Positions 63,088 to 64,000 of a stretch of DNA of 64,000 nt are shown one piece after another. Origin of the DNA: an uncultured Elusimicrobia bacterium. GTDB lineage: Bacteria; Elusimicrobiota; Elusimicrobia; UBA1565; UBA9628. The stretch covers positions 14,301-78,300 of the forward strand of contig CAZIBN010000002.1 of the NCBI GenBank assembly GCA_964537395.1, read 5' to 3'. A program made the position numbers and the translations under genes. Position 1 is the stretch's first letter. The number at the start of each line of letters is the position of its first letter. The notes under the pieces are model-generated. The model was not told the DNA's origin. It worked only from the letters and a program-made list of their open reading frames with translations, and did not search any database.

Positions 63088-64000
63088 TCAGAGCAGATCG
63101 TCCGAGAATTTGAGCCACTCGGGCGTCACGGTCTTGAGCTTGGCGGTCGCGGCTTCGAGGCTGACGGCGATCACGGCGTCGCCCTTGAGCGCCGCCATGT
63201 GGCCGAACTTCCCGGCATGGACGAGGTCCGCGGCCAGGACGCCGACGCGCGTGCCGAGGATGCGGTCGAAAAGGGTGGGCGGCCCGCCGCGCTGCATGTG
63301 GCCGATGACGGCGGAGCGGGTCTCGATCTTGGTCTCGGCCTCGATGATCTTGGTCAGGCGCTCGGCGACGCCGCGGGCCTTGAGGATCATGTGCCCGAAC
63401 TCGTCGAGCTCCTCTTCCTGCTTCTCGCCGGGGATGTCCACGGCCTCGGAGGCGACGACGATCGCGACCTGGCGCGCCGCGTGCGCGGCTTTGAGCTTGG
63501 CGCACATGTCCTTGACGTCGACGGGGCGCTCGGGCACGCAGAGGTAGTCGGCGCCGCCGCCGATGGCGGTGTAGAGCGCGACCCAGCCGGCGTGGCGGCC
63601 CATGACCTCGAGGACCATGATGCGGCGGTGGGAGCGTCCGGTGTCTCGCAAGCGTTCCACCGCTTCCATCGCGAGGGTCGCAGCCGTGTCGAAGCCGAAG
63701 GTCGCGTCGGTCGCGTCAAGGTCGTTGTCCATCGTCTTCGGCACGCCCACGACGTTGACCTTGTGCTCCTTGAAGAGCTTGTTGGCCACGCCGAGAGTGT
63801 CCTCTCCGCCCATGGCGACGAGCGCGTGCAGGTTCAGCTTCTTGAAAGTCTCCAGGACTCCGGCCACGCCGCCCTCTTTCTTGTAGGGGTTCGTGCGCGA
63901 CGTGCCGAGCATCGTGCCGCCGCGGCCGATCATCTCGCGCACGTCGTCGGGGCCGATCGGCTTGGCCGTGCCGTTGATCATGCCTTTCCAGCCTTCCTGG
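63088..64000 (-). CDS. 6-phosphofructokinase (PfkA family; phosphoryl donor not assignable by eye), 5' end beyond the window
   Basis: The track ORF starts at an internal Met (63981), but the frame stays open to 64000 (...EGWKGMINGT...). Motifs MGGEDTL, PKTMDNDL, MGRHAGW, GHMQRGG. Confidence 0.85.
   Translation of the reverse strand, partial: QEGWKGMINGTAKPIGPDDVREMIGRGGTMLGTSRTNPYKKEGGVAGVLETFKKLNLHALVAMGGEDTLGVANKLFKEHKVNVVGVPKTMDNDLDATDATFGFDTAATLAMEAVERLRDTGRSHRRIMVLEVMGRHAGWVALYTAIGGGADYLCVPERPVDVKDMCAKLKAAHAARQVAIVVASEAVDIPGEKQEEELDEFGHMILKARGVAERLTKIIEAETKIETRSAVIGHMQRGGPPTLFDRILGTRVGVLAADLVHAGKFGHMAALKGDAVIAVSLEAATAKLKTVTPEWLKFSDDLL

Overview
High-GC, almost fully coding window from a diderm bacterium (BamA, lipid A genes and type IV pilus genes are present). 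I found no rRNA, tRNA, CRISPR array, transposase or integrase. Many long ORFs in the track are antisense or off-frame artefacts of the GC bias, and several track ORFs carry spurious R/G/P-rich N-terminal extensions, so I re-set those starts by reading the DNA. Layout: (1) 1-8570, minus strand, outer-membrane and lipid A cluster: bamA-skp-lpxD-lpxC-fabZ-lpxA-lpxI-oxidoreductase. (2) 8643-15703, accessory island: a small secreted protein, an HTH-like regulator, and five minus-strand genes for exported proteins of unknown function. These include a swapped N-terminal module, a triplicated ~93-aa domain and a HEAT-repeat protein. (3) 15893-22974, minus strand: a seven-gene, translationally coupled inositol operon. 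It combines MIPS, an IPCT/DIPPS-like CDP-alcohol transferase, an NTP-transferase and a HAD phosphatase with a dehydrogenase, a class-III aminotransferase and an ATP-grasp enzyme. (4) 23178-27994: pilMNOPQ, preceded by a near-consensus promoter and a terminator-like leader hairpin. (5) 28012-52310: a ~24 kb surface-glycan or protein-glycosylation supercluster. It holds two O-antigen-ligase-like/TPR proteins, two YfhO-like and one GT39-like GT-C enzymes, seven GT2/GT4 enzymes, AsnB, a His-for-Lys DegT-like enzyme, a radical SAM/SPASM protein, a methyltransferase and an epimerase, and is interrupted by a marC gene bracketed by 20-nt repeats. (6) 52310-64000, minus strand, mostly housekeeping: gpx, a Moco oxidoreductase, gmhB, a deacetylase, a GNAT, a POT transporter, dapA, dapF, a TPR protein, a patatin, a TolC-like OMP, a HAMP protein and pfk. 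The best candidates for something undescribed are the inositol to (putative) amino-inositol operon and the exported-protein operon, which shares a 21-nt palindrome with the neighbouring regulator gene. Recurrent cis-signals are also reported: -10 boxes 6-9 nt before ATGs that suggest leaderless mRNAs, TTTCCGGAAA palindromes, and CCGG-centred palindromes abutting stop codons.
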